A stretch of 60,221 bases of DNA, the filler included. It is 4 parts of 4 records of this genome, joined end to end, with 100 filler letters (N's around TTAATTAATTAA, not from the genome) between each part and the next. Parts side by side here need not be neighbours in the genome. Positions count along the whole stretch, not along the records: positions 16,122 to 36,422 come from DRR723986_6978; positions 36,523 to 47,840 come from DRR723986_6990; 2 more parts are not named here. One strand, 5' to 3'. Position 1 is the first letter of the stretch; each line of letters opens with the position of its first letter. The notes beneath the pieces were generated by a model. It had not been told where the DNA came from and did not search any database. It saw nothing but the letters and a program-made list of their open reading frames with translations. Positions 30,307 through 40,506 of the stretch are shown here, piece after piece. The position numbers and the translations under genes are program-made.

Positions 30307-30825
30307 CTAGTCCACCGTCAGCGTGGTGCTGGCGGAAATGGCGGTGCCGTTCACCGACAGGGGCCGGTGATCGTTGCTGTTCAATGTGACCTCGACCTTA
30401 ACCTCGCCCTTGGGCAGGCTGGCGATGTGCAGCCAAGGCCCATAGACGCGGCCCAGCTTTTCACCGTTGATATAGACATGCGCATGGCCTTCGCCCGGCG
30501 TGTGGGCAAGACTGGCTTGCTGCGGGGCATAGGCAAAGTTGCTGGTGATAATGTGCAGGTTGTGTCCTGCCATCGGATCGGCGGTCAACTCCACCGCAAC
30601 TGTCGGCGCATTTGCAGCCGGCAACTCGATGGGCGTGTCATGCATCATCTCGTGGTCAGCGCCACTGGTGTGACCCATCGCAGCATGATCCATCGCGCCA
30701 CCATGGGCGGATGGATCAGCATGGTCATGCCCATCAAATGTGACACCGTTCCCGGCGGCGATCGTGAAACCCAGACCGCCACCAAAAACCAGACCAATCA
30801 CAAAAAGAGACAGCGAGCGGCTCAT
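30307..30825 (-). CDS. His/Met-rich exported or membrane-anchored protein
   Basis: ATG 1 bp after the cbtA stop; N-terminal hydrophobic segment; DGHDHAD...MDHAAMGH...DHEMMHD, GEGHAHVYING and NSNDH. Confidence 0.85.
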   Translation of the reverse strand: MSRSLSLFVIGLVFGGGLGFTIAAGNGVTFDGHDHADPSAHGGAMDHAAMGHTSGADHEMMHDTPIELPAANAPTVAVELTADPMAGHNLHIITSNFAYAPQQASLAHTPGEGHAHVYINGEKLGRVYGPWLHIASLPKGEVKVEVTLNSNDHRPLSVNGTAISASTTLTVD

Positions 30826-30826
30826 A

Positions 30827-31504
30827 TCACTGTTGCCCTTCGCGTTGCCAGAAATAGGCCGCGAAGGCACCAAGCATGACCCAAGCAGCAAGGCCAACGC
30901 CAAAGGCGCGGGCGGCAAACAGGGCACCGATTTCAGTTGGGACAGGTCCGGCAAAGGTATCTGGTTCGGGCGCGCCGATCAGGTGGGGCGCGGCCAACAG
31001 AACGGCTGCGATCAGGATCATGATCGGCGACCGGCCAAAGGCGATCAGCCAGAGTGCCACAACCGCCGCCGCCACGGTGGCAAACCACCAGATTTGCCGG
31101 GCGGTCACGTCAGCGGCAGCAACACCCGGCACTTCGGGCGCAAGGGTAAATCCGGGGGCGAGGTGGAATGCAACAAACCCTGCAATCCCCCACAGGATAC
31201 CCCAGCGAGCGTTGATCGGCGTGCCGCGCTCTTCGGCAAAGCTCATGGCGCCGATGAGGATCAAGGCATAGCCCGTATACGTGAGCATGGTGAAAATCAC
31301 GCTGAGGCCATCGCGCATCAGGTCAAATCCGGGCAGTTCCGGGTGGGCGCTGACGGCTTCGGCACCAAAGTGGACAAGATCGCCGCCTTCGTAAAGCTCG
31401 GCGTGCAAGAGGACAGGTTGTACAAAAACAAGCTGCAGTAGACCGGTCAACAGACCAGCGGCGGCACCGGCAAAAACGGCGCTGATGATAAAACGGGACA
31501 ACAT
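30827..31504 (-). CDS. cbtA: Cobalt transporter subunit CbtA
   Basis: Multi-TM protein; PVLLHAELYE, LAPGFTLAPEVPG, RQIWW and APHLIGAP motifs. Confidence 0.9.
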   Translation of the reverse strand: MLSRFIISAVFAGAAAGLLTGLLQLVFVQPVLLHAELYEGGDLVHFGAEAVSAHPELPGFDLMRDGLSVIFTMLTYTGYALILIGAMSFAEERGTPINARWGILWGIAGFVAFHLAPGFTLAPEVPGVAAADVTARQIWWFATVAAAVVALWLIAFGRSPIMILIAAVLLAAPHLIGAPEPDTFAGPVPTEIGALFAARAFGVGLAAWVMLGAFAAYFWQREGQQ

Positions 31505-31711
31505 AGAACCCAAATCCTTGTGGTATTGCGCCCGGGGCGCATGAGGCGGGATTTAAAAAGCGGTTGCCATAAACGCAAAGAAAGCAGCCGATAACCGGCC
31601 GCCACTCCTAGCAATCAAATAACGGAAACGCCAAAAACCCCGCTGGGGGAAAATTACCTCACCGGAGCACACCCATCGGCGTGTCCAGAGAATAGCAGAA
31701 CGCAATCGCGT

Positions 31712-31882
31712 TTAGTGGCAGGGAAAGCCTGTAGCGTGGCGAACATCATGTGCCGCATCGTGCAGGGCTGCTGCCTGAACGTGGCCGGTCAGGGTGATCA
31801 GTGCCACACCCAGTGCCACTGCGAAAACCGCAGGAACAAAACGGGATGTGCTGATTGCGCTTGTCTTGGTTGTTGTCGTCAT
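31712..31882 (-). CDS. cbtB: Cobalt transporter subunit CbtB
   Basis: Single TM followed by LHDAAHDVRHATGFPCH; AAGGAG RBS. Confidence 0.92.
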   Translation of the reverse strand: MTTTTKTSAISTSRFVPAVFAVALGVALITLTGHVQAAALHDAAHDVRHATGFPCH

Positions 31883-31929
31883 CTTCTTTTTCTCCTTACC
31901 GTCACACCCGACGGCATATTGCGTTTCAT

Positions 31930-32125
31930 TTGCTTGGCAGGTCTCCTGGCTCGCGGGTCGTGGCCTTTGCCCGCCTTCCCCGTCCGAGGACGAGTGGCAT
32001 AGTGGGCGCAGGCTCACCGCTTACAGTCGCGGGGGCGGCTCCGGCTTCGGATCGCGGACGATCCTTACTGAATTCCCTGTTCGGTTCCACATCCAGGTTG
32101 GATGCGCTTCGGAACACCAAGCCCG
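31930..32125 (-). ncRNA. Cobalamin (AdoCbl) riboswitch
   Basis: Minus strand contains AACAGGGAA, GCCCCCGCGACTGTAA, GCCACT, GGGAAGG and the B12 box AGCCAGGAGACCTGCC, directly upstream of cbtB; ends approximate. Confidence 0.93.
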
Positions 32126-32280
32126 GCGAATGTCGCATTTGACCAGAATGTTGGCAAGGTTGTTTTGCGACAGGCAAAGCACCTAAAACGCATCTTTGCT
32201 GGCCTTATCTGAGGAATGTGCAGATAAATCTCTCCACGGGCACTGCGCCACGCGAATCGTGCCCGCCAGAACGGAGCCTT

Positions 32281-33177
32281 ATGCACCTCAGCCGAACGAC
32301 CCTAGCGATATGTTATTCATTGATCGCGCTTGTCCTTTTCGATTCCATGGGATTGATCATCAAATACCTGTCCGGCCCCTATGGCGCGGCGGAACTGTCG
32401 GCCTATCGCAATCTGTTTGGTCTGATCCCGGCCGCAATTGCGCTTTGGTCGTCGCGGGCTTGGCATCAGGCGGGACGGCGCTGGCATCTGCGGCAATGGA
32501 AGCTGGCATTGTTCCGCGGGTTCATCCTGACGTTTGCGCAATATTTCTTCTATCTTTCCCTTGGGTTGCTTAGCTTTGCCACCGCATCGACCATCACCTA
32601 TGCCAATGCATTGTTTATGGTCGCATTGGCGGCTGTTTTGTTGGGTGAAAAAGTTGGACCTGTGCGATGGGCGGCTGTTCTGGTCGGCTTTGTCGGGGTG
32701 ATCTTGGTGGTTGGTCCGGGGCGGGATACCTTTACCCCAGCGGCGCTTTTGCCCCTGGCGGCGGCGGCCTGCTATGCGCTGACCGGCGTGACCGCGCGGA
32801 TGATGGACGCCGAAGTGCCGACAGGTTTGATCAACCTCTATTCATCGGCCCTCGCAGCCATCGGAGCACTTTTGCTTGCCGTGCTGACAACGGGCTTTTC
32901 GCCGCTCAGAGACACCGGTGACCTGATCTGGATCGGCGGCATGGGCGCCTTTGGTGGCACCGCCGTTTTGTTGCTGATCGCCGCCTACCGCATGGCCGAA
33001 CAAAGCGATCTGGCCCCGTTCAGCTATTTCGGCATTCCAATCGCCTTTATCTTTGGCTGGGCGTTCTTTGATGAGGCCCCATGGGGCGAACTTTTCCCCG
33101 GTGCGTTACTGATCATCGTTGGCGGGTTGCTGATCATCTGGCGCGAACGTCGTTTGCGGCAGTCGGAAGAGGATTAG
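32281..33177 (+). CDS. DMT/EamA family transporter
   Basis: About 10 TM segments; LLGEKVGPVRW and LAPFSY motifs. Confidence 0.88.
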   Translation: MHLSRTTLAICYSLIALVLFDSMGLIIKYLSGPYGAAELSAYRNLFGLIPAAIALWSSRAWHQAGRRWHLRQWKLALFRGFILTFAQYFFYLSLGLLSFATASTITYANALFMVALAAVLLGEKVGPVRWAAVLVGFVGVILVVGPGRDTFTPAALLPLAAAACYALTGVTARMMDAEVPTGLINLYSSALAAIGALLLAVLTTGFSPLRDTGDLIWIGGMGAFGGTAVLLLIAAYRMAEQSDLAPFSYFGIPIAFIFGWAFFDEAPWGELFPGALLIIVGGLLIIWRERRLRQSEED

Positions 33178-34466
33178 ACCACCACATCCTCTGCCGCCTG
33201 ATCGCCAACGCCAAAGACGCGCTTGTACCGGTCGATCTGGTCTTGCGGCCCCATCGCCTTGTTCGGGTTGTCCGACAGTTTGACCGTAGGATGCCCGTTC
33301 GCCGACACCGCCTTGCAGACCAATGAGAATGGCGCAAGCGCGTCATTGGGCACCAGACCGCGAAAATCATTGGTCAGCAACGTACCCCAGCCAAAGGACA
33401 CTTTGACCTTGTCGGCAAATTGCGCGTGCAAGGTACGGATCTTTTCGACGTCCAAACCGTCCGAAAAGATCACCCGTTTCTCAAGCGGGTCTTCGCCGCG
33501 TGACTTCCACCAGTCAATCGCCGTTTGCGCACCGGTTGCCGGATCGCCGCTGTCGATGCGCATGCCGGTCCAACCCGCAAGCCAATCAGGCGCATTGTCG
33601 AGAAAACCCTTAGTGCCGTAGGTGTCAGGCAGAATGATGCGCAGGTTGCCTTCATGCTCATCATGCCAATCGGACAAAACGTCATAAGGCGCTTGGGCCA
33701 GCGCGGCGTCATCTTTGGCCAAGGCCGCGTAAACCATCGGCAGCTCGTGGGCATTGGTGCCGATCGCCTCAACCTCGCGGCTTTTGGCGATTTTGCAGTT
33801 TGACGTGCCGGTGAACGCATCTCCAAGACCTTCGTGCATGGCCTGCACACACCAATCCTGCCAGAGGTAAGAATGCCGCCGGCGCGTGCCAAAATCGGCA
33901 ATCGACAGGTCTGGGATATCACGCAGCACCTCGATCTTTTCCCAGACGCGGGTCATCGACCGTGCATAAAGCACCTGCAATTCAAAGCGGCCCATCTGGT
34001 CCAACACGGCACGGCCGCGCAGTTCCATCAGAATGGCAAGGGCGGGAATTTCCCACAGCATGACCTCATGCCATTTGCCCTCAAACGTCAGCTCATATTG
34101 ATCGCCGCGCCGTTCCAGTTGATAGGGCGGCAGGCGCAACCCCTCGAACCATTCCATAAATTCGGGGCTGAACATCTGGCGCTTGCCATAGAAGGTATTG
34201 CCGCGCAGCCAGGTGCTTTCCCCCCGGCTCAGCGACAGGGTGCGCACATGGTCCAATTGCTCGCGCAGCTCCGCCTCGTCAATCAGTTTGGCCAACGGCA
34301 CATGCTTGGACCGGTTGATCAGGCTAAAGGTGACCTGCGTGTCTGGTTTATTGCGGAAAATCGACTGGCACATCAACAGCTTGTAAAAATCAGTGTCGAT
34401 CAGGGACCGGACAATCGGGTCGATCTTCCATTTGTGGTTCCAGACGCGGGTTGCGATATCGACCAT
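33174..34466 (-). CDS. pncB: Nicotinate phosphoribosyltransferase
   Basis: DTDFYKLLM, DFGTRRR, GTNAHE, RIDSGD, FSDGL and KLSDN motifs. Confidence 0.96.
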   Translation of the reverse strand: MVDIATRVWNHKWKIDPIVRSLIDTDFYKLLMCQSIFRNKPDTQVTFSLINRSKHVPLAKLIDEAELREQLDHVRTLSLSRGESTWLRGNTFYGKRQMFSPEFMEWFEGLRLPPYQLERRGDQYELTFEGKWHEVMLWEIPALAILMELRGRAVLDQMGRFELQVLYARSMTRVWEKIEVLRDIPDLSIADFGTRRRHSYLWQDWCVQAMHEGLGDAFTGTSNCKIAKSREVEAIGTNAHELPMVYAALAKDDAALAQAPYDVLSDWHDEHEGNLRIILPDTYGTKGFLDNAPDWLAGWTGMRIDSGDPATGAQTAIDWWKSRGEDPLEKRVIFSDGLDVEKIRTLHAQFADKVKVSFGWGTLLTNDFRGLVPNDALAPFSLVCKAVSANGHPTVKLSDNPNKAMGPQDQIDRYKRVFGVGDQAAEDVVV

Positions 34467-34692
34467 GAGAGGCTCCGGCAATTAGGTTCGTCGGTTAAAG
34501 CAAAGCCGGGCGGCACTGGCAAGCAGGCTGAACGTTGTCGGCGCGGGCCAAAATCGGGCGCGAAGGCTCAAGATCTTTGCGGCAGCCATTGCACTTTTTC
34601 AACTCACGGTGATAGGCCTGCCATAATCTTCCCCCATTGATCCGGCAGAATGCGGATACCAAAAGCGCGGTCGCATTCTGAAAGGCAGATTT

Positions 34693-35349
34693 ATGGATCA
34701 GTTTGATGTTATCCGGCTTGGCACTGTTGTACTGGCGTTTGTCGGCTATTTCGCCTGCCTTGCCCGCTTTGGCTTGATCACCCTGATTTTGACGGCGCTG
34801 TTCGGCGCGTATCTGTCCCAATTTTTTCCGCTGACCGGGATCCATCAGCCCTATTGGATCGGAGCAGCCCTGTTTGTGCTGATCCTCGCCCTTGGCGCGC
34901 GGCTGGGCAAATCCCGCCCTCCGGTGCAAAACCCGCCCGCGCCGCAGGATCCACAGTCTGACAGCAAGGAGATCGTCATCGACGGCACAAATGTTCTGTA
35001 TTGGGATGGCGAACAGGCCGAACTGTCGACATTGTGTATCGTTGTCGATGACCTGCGCCGCCGCGGCTATGCGCCGTTTGTGTTTCTCGACGCCTCGTCG
35101 CGGCACCATTTGAACGACACAACCCTGACCGAAAAGAGCTTTGCCAAGGCCCTCGGCCTGCCGCAGGCCCGCGTGCGGGTTTGCCCGGCCAAAACCGAAG
35201 CCGATGCATTTATTCTGAAATTCGCACGCGATCAGTCCTTACCCGTGGTATCGAACGACCGCTTTGGCGATCGCCACCAACAAACCCGCGGTCTCAAACT
35301 GGTGAAAGGGATCATTGCGCGGGGCAAGCCTATCTTTGACGGGCTTTAG
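34693..35349 (+). CDS. Membrane-anchored NYN/PIN-like (Zc3h12a-type) nuclease domain protein
   Basis: Three N-terminal hydrophobic helices, then IVIDGTNVLYW...FLDAS...TEADAFIL...VVSNDRFGD acidic PIN pattern. Confidence 0.75.
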   Translation: MDQFDVIRLGTVVLAFVGYFACLARFGLITLILTALFGAYLSQFFPLTGIHQPYWIGAALFVLILALGARLGKSRPPVQNPPAPQDPQSDSKEIVIDGTNVLYWDGEQAELSTLCIVVDDLRRRGYAPFVFLDASSRHHLNDTTLTEKSFAKALGLPQARVRVCPAKTEADAFILKFARDQSLPVVSNDRFGDRHQQTRGLKLVKGIIARGKPIFDGL

Positions 35350-35939
35350 GCCAGCATCACCCCGGCCTTTTCCATGCCTTCAAGCGCGGCAGCCAAAGAG
35401 CCATCCAGATCAATCGCGCGGCACAGATCGCGGCGCACTGTCACGTCAAACCCCAGATTGGCGGCGTCCACCGCTGAAAAGTTCACACAAAAATCCAGCG
35501 CAAGACCCACCATCGTCAGCTCCGCAATGCCCCGCGTGCGCAGATAGCCTTCGAGACCCGTTGCGGTCTTGTGATCGTTCTCGAAAAACGCGGAATAGCT
35601 GTCAATGGCTGGGTTATAGCCTTTGCGAATGATCAGATCGGCGCGGTCTTGTTGCAATTCCATGTGGAACTTCGCGCCCATGCTGCCCTGAATGCAATGA
35701 TCCGGCCAAAGCACTTGCGGCCCGTAAGGCATGTCGATCACGTCATAAGGGCTCTTGCCATCGTGGCTGGAGGCAAAGGAGGAATGCCCCGCCGGGTGCC
35801 AATCCTGCGTGAGAATCACCGCGCCGAATTCCGGCATCAAGGCATTGATCCCCTGCACGATCTGGTCCCCTTCTGGCACGGCAAGGGCGCCGCCAGGGCA
35901 AAAATCGTTTTGCTGGTCGATCACGATCAGGGCTTTCAT
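35346..35939 (-). CDS. pncA: Nicotinamidase/pyrazinamidase
   Basis: IDQQNDFCPGGAL, TQDWHP, WPDHC, DSYSAF and GLALDFCV motifs. Confidence 0.95.
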   Translation of the reverse strand: MKALIVIDQQNDFCPGGALAVPEGDQIVQGINALMPEFGAVILTQDWHPAGHSSFASSHDGKSPYDVIDMPYGPQVLWPDHCIQGSMGAKFHMELQQDRADLIIRKGYNPAIDSYSAFFENDHKTATGLEGYLRTRGIAELTMVGLALDFCVNFSAVDAANLGFDVTVRRDLCRAIDLDGSLAAALEGMEKAGVMLA

Positions 35940-36029
35940 GGCGAATTCCTTTGTTTTTGGGCCGTGCTCAAGGGAAACTAGCCCAGCCCCCTCTTGCAGA
36001 ACAGCCCCCCAAAGCCGTAATTGCAGGCC

Positions 36030-36422
36030 ATGTATATTATCGCTGCACTCTACCATTTCACCCGGTTCGATGATCCGGCTGCCTTGAAACCTGCTTTGCT
36101 GGAGCTGTGCCTCGCGCAGGGCGTGTCAGGCTCATTGTTGTTGGCCCGTGAGGGCGTGAACGGCACCATCGCAGGCCCGCGTGCAGGCATTGATGCAGTG
36201 CTTGCCCATCTCAAGGCCCTGCCGGGATGCGCCGATCTGGAGTGGAAAGAGGCAACCAGCGATCGCGCACCCTTTGGCAAAATGAAGGTGCGGTTGAAAA
36301 AAGAGATCGTGACAATGGGCCAACCCGATGTCGATCCGCGGGCAAGTGTCGGCCATTATGTCGATCCGCAAGACTGGAACGCCTTGATCCAAAGCCCCGA
36401 CGTCGCCGTGATCGACACCCGC
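36030..36422 (+). CDS. trhO: Rhodanese-related tRNA uridine(34) hydroxylase, UPF0176 (3' truncated)
   Basis: ALYHF, LLAREGVNGT, KVRLKKEIVTMG and VIDTR motifs. Confidence 0.88.
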
Positions 36423-36522
36423 NNNNNNNNNNNNNNNNNNNNNNNNNNNNNNNNNNNNNNNNNNNNTTAATTAATTAANNNNNNNNNNNNNNNNNNNNNN
36501 NNNNNNNNNNNNNNNNNNNNNN
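36423..36522. other. Artificial contig spacer
   Basis: 44 N + TTAATTAATTAA + 44 N. Confidence 0.99.
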
Positions 36523-37673
<1,151 letters not shown>

Positions 37674-37725
37674 TTAGGAGATTCTAACAGGACGGGAATC
37701 GAGCGGTGTGACGCGGCGCGGAAAT

Positions 37726-37752
37726 AAAAAAAGGGCCGGAAAAACCGGCCCT
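37726..37752 (-). terminator. Rho-independent terminator
   Basis: Minus strand AGGGCCGG-TTTTT-CCGGCCC followed by seven T. Confidence 0.85.
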
Positions 37753-37899
37753 CAAATGACGAATGAAACAAGGAAAGTTCGTAAGAACTACAACCTCAAA
37801 AGTCATCCCTTACGCTTTGAAGTATTACCCAGGGCTGCGGAGGGTTCAGTTGTGGTTGTGTAGAGCTTTGTTACATCAGGTGAGGTACCGAGCACTGGT

Positions 37900-39471
37900 T
37901 CACAAATCCGCGTCTGCGGGCTTCAGGCGCGGCCAGACCAGGCTGAACCGGGCTCCACCCAGAGCTTCACTGCGGCCAACGAACGCCTGCCCCCCGTGCC
38001 AGTACAGAATCCTGCGAACAATGGACAGGCCCAGCCCATAGCCGCCCGATGTGCGGGTCCGGCTATCATCAAGCCGGGCAAAGGCGGTGAATACCTTCTC
38101 CCAATCCTGTCCCGGAATGCCCGGGCCATCGTCTTCCACATCAATCCGGCAATTATCTTCATCCAGGTGGCAACTCACCCGCACACGGCCTGCGGCATAG
38201 CGCGCGGCATTACCGACCAGGTTCTGGACCGCCCGATGAATGTAACGAGGCTCCATATCGGCCAGCGCCCAGCGCTCCGAGGCTTCGTCAATCTGACACT
38301 CAATGTCGACTCCCTCCCGGATCAGCCGCTGTTCGGAGACAACCTGCCTGACTATATCCGTGACCGAGCCCTCCCGGAGACTGAACACCGGCCCGCCCTG
38401 CTCCAGCCGGGCATAGGTCAGAATCTCGTCAATCAGTTCGTCGAGCTCCTGGATGTCGCCATCAATGCCCTCAAGCTGCTTTTCAAGCACTTCCTGGGTA
38501 CTACCGGATTCAATCATCTGGACGCCGAACCGGATACGGGCCACCGGCGTTCTCAGTTCGTGGGAAACCGCGTGAATCATTTCCCGCTGCACCTGCACCA
38601 GGCGCTGGATATGTTCCGCCATTCCATTGAACGAAGTCCCCAGCCGGGACACGAGCGTGCCCTGCTCGGATTCCACCCGGGCTCCCATCTCACCCCGGGC
38701 AATACGAATCGCTACCGACTCAACCTTGCGCAGATGACTCTCTACAAAACGCAACGCAAGAAACAGGGCCACTGCCAGCACGCCACCGACAACAGCGGTC
38801 AGCAGCAAGATAATCGGCCAGCCCCAGGGATTGAAGGGGGGAGGCAATGTCACCACAACCAACGCGCCTTCCGACAAACGAACCAGCGCCCTGGCACGGT
38901 TATCACCGTGTTCAAAAATCGCCAGCCCGGTGTCGCCAAGCCGCTCAAGCGCCTGCTGATCCGGCAGATCCTCGGCCTTCTGAACCAGACGGATATCGAG
39001 ATTCAGAGACTCTGCCAATTGCTGCGCCACATCCGCACGCTGAGCCGCAGGGCTGGTATCCAGATGCCAACGCACCATCAACGAGATTGCCCGGGCCAGA
39101 TCCCGGTAGGGTTGCTCCAGATGTATGCCGAGCACCTCGCCCCCGAGACCAAGGACATAATAGCCATACCCGCTATCGGTTGACTGCGCCACCACCTGGC
39201 CATAGCCCAGGCGCTCAAGCGCAACCCGGGAAAGCCCGAAGTCGGCCGCAACGCCACTGTGCAGACCAAACATCGGGGCCATCCAGTGATACTGACTGAG
39301 CGGATCCGGGGCCGCTGCCAGCCAACGCATAACCGGTGTCATGGCCTGCTCATGCCAGTATTGTTCGCGAACGGAGTTGATGCCGTTAAACAGCAGGACG
39401 CACACCAGCACGACCGCCGCCGCAATGGCAGCAATACGAGCGTAGGCTTTCAGGAAAAATTTCAGGGACAT
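37900..39471 (-). CDS. Sensor histidine kinase, RstB/BfmS-like
   Basis: Two TMs, HAMP, VSHELRTP, NLVGNA, VEDDGPGI and GGYGLGL motifs. Confidence 0.9.
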   Translation of the reverse strand: MSLKFFLKAYARIAAIAAAVVLVCVLLFNGINSVREQYWHEQAMTPVMRWLAAAPDPLSQYHWMAPMFGLHSGVAADFGLSRVALERLGYGQVVAQSTDSGYGYYVLGLGGEVLGIHLEQPYRDLARAISLMVRWHLDTSPAAQRADVAQQLAESLNLDIRLVQKAEDLPDQQALERLGDTGLAIFEHGDNRARALVRLSEGALVVVTLPPPFNPWGWPIILLLTAVVGGVLAVALFLALRFVESHLRKVESVAIRIARGEMGARVESEQGTLVSRLGTSFNGMAEHIQRLVQVQREMIHAVSHELRTPVARIRFGVQMIESGSTQEVLEKQLEGIDGDIQELDELIDEILTYARLEQGGPVFSLREGSVTDIVRQVVSEQRLIREGVDIECQIDEASERWALADMEPRYIHRAVQNLVGNAARYAAGRVRVSCHLDEDNCRIDVEDDGPGIPGQDWEKVFTAFARLDDSRTRTSGGYGLGLSIVRRILYWHGGQAFVGRSEALGGARFSLVWPRLKPADADL

Positions 39472-39529
39472 CGGGCCAACCCTGGTAACCGGCGTTGCCA
39501 CCTTCGGGGCGGCAACGCCTCAGGCGCGA

Positions 39530-40264
39530 TCAGGCTTCCTTGACGAACAGGTAGCCCTTGCTGCGAACGGTTTTGATACGGCGCGGGTGGATGGGATCGT
39601 CACCGATTTTCGGGCGGATCCTGGACACGCGAACGTCAATGGAACGATCCTGCCCATCGTACTCGATGCCCCGGAGTGCGGTGAAAATCTCTTCCCTGCT
39701 CAGCACCCGCCCGGCATTACTGGCCAGCAGCCAGAGCAGGTCGAACTCAGCACTGGTGAGGTCGATACTTTCGTCACTTAACCAGGCTTCACGCATGGAA
39801 CGATCGACCACGAGGTCGTTGAACTGCAAACGCACCGGCTCCTCCCCGGACGTCTCCTGCCCGCTAACGGGCGAGGTTTCTACCCGGCGCAGCATGGCAC
39901 GGATGCGGGCGAGCAGAACGCGCGGTTGGACCGGTTTGCCAATGTAGTCATCCGCGCCCATTTCCAGGCCCAGGACCTGGTCCAGGTCGTCTGTCCGGGC
40001 GGTGAGCATAATAATGGGGCCATTGAAGAACGGCCGTACCCGCCGGCAGATGGACAAACCATCTTCGCCAGGCAGCATCAGATCCAGAACCACAAGATCA
40101 GGCTGCTCGTTGCGGATCCGCTCAACAGCGGCTCCCCCGTGGGTTTCCAACGACACTGTCAGGCCATTGTTCTCAAGGTACTCGCGGGTCAGATCCGCAA
40201 GCCGCTCATCGTCCTCTACGATCAGGATTCGCCAACTCTCGTTTGTTTGTTCCACGCCATCCAT
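39530..40264 (-). CDS. OmpR-family response regulator, RstA/BfmR-like
   Basis: ILIVEDD, DLMLPG, GLEMGADDY, DRSIDVRVSRIR and IKTVRSKGY motifs; alternative GTG start at 40255. Confidence 0.93.
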   Translation of the reverse strand: MDGVEQTNESWRILIVEDDERLADLTREYLENNGLTVSLETHGGAAVERIRNEQPDLVVLDLMLPGEDGLSICRRVRPFFNGPIIMLTARTDDLDQVLGLEMGADDYIGKPVQPRVLLARIRAMLRRVETSPVSGQETSGEEPVRLQFNDLVVDRSMREAWLSDESIDLTSAEFDLLWLLASNAGRVLSREEIFTALRGIEYDGQDRSIDVRVSRIRPKIGDDPIHPRRIKTVRSKGYLFVKEA

Positions 40265-40419
40265 CTCTGATTATTTTATTCCGGTTTCAGGGTTGTACAC
40301 CCGACGATACAGGCAACGTTCAGTTACAGCAATTATACATGCTATTCAGAAATATACATGGAACCGCCAAAGGGTTACAGCCTGTGACACATATCTGTTT
40401 TCCTGAAAACGGTCTCGCA

Positions 40420-40470
40420 CTGTCACAGAGACGTCACCCCGGCGTCACCCATCTGTCATACCCGCTTCAT
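40420..40470 (+). promoter_or_regulatory. Extended Pho box (five 11-bp half-sites)
   Basis: GTCAC at 40422, 40433 and 40444, GTCAT at 40455, TTCAT at 40466: an exact 11-bp period ending 36 bp before olsB. Confidence 0.8.
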
Positions 40471-40506
40471 AGCCTTGACCTGAAACAGAAACACAGAGGC
40501 CAAGCC

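Noticed and set aside
16160-31882. Absence of cobS/cobT, cobO, cobQ, cobD and cobP from the cob cluster
   Set aside because: These genes commonly lie elsewhere in Rhodobacteraceae genomes and the contig is partial.
40420-40470. 11-bp periodic repeat considered as a mini-CRISPR or iteron
   Set aside because: No spacers, cas genes or rep gene; period and consensus fit Pho boxes.
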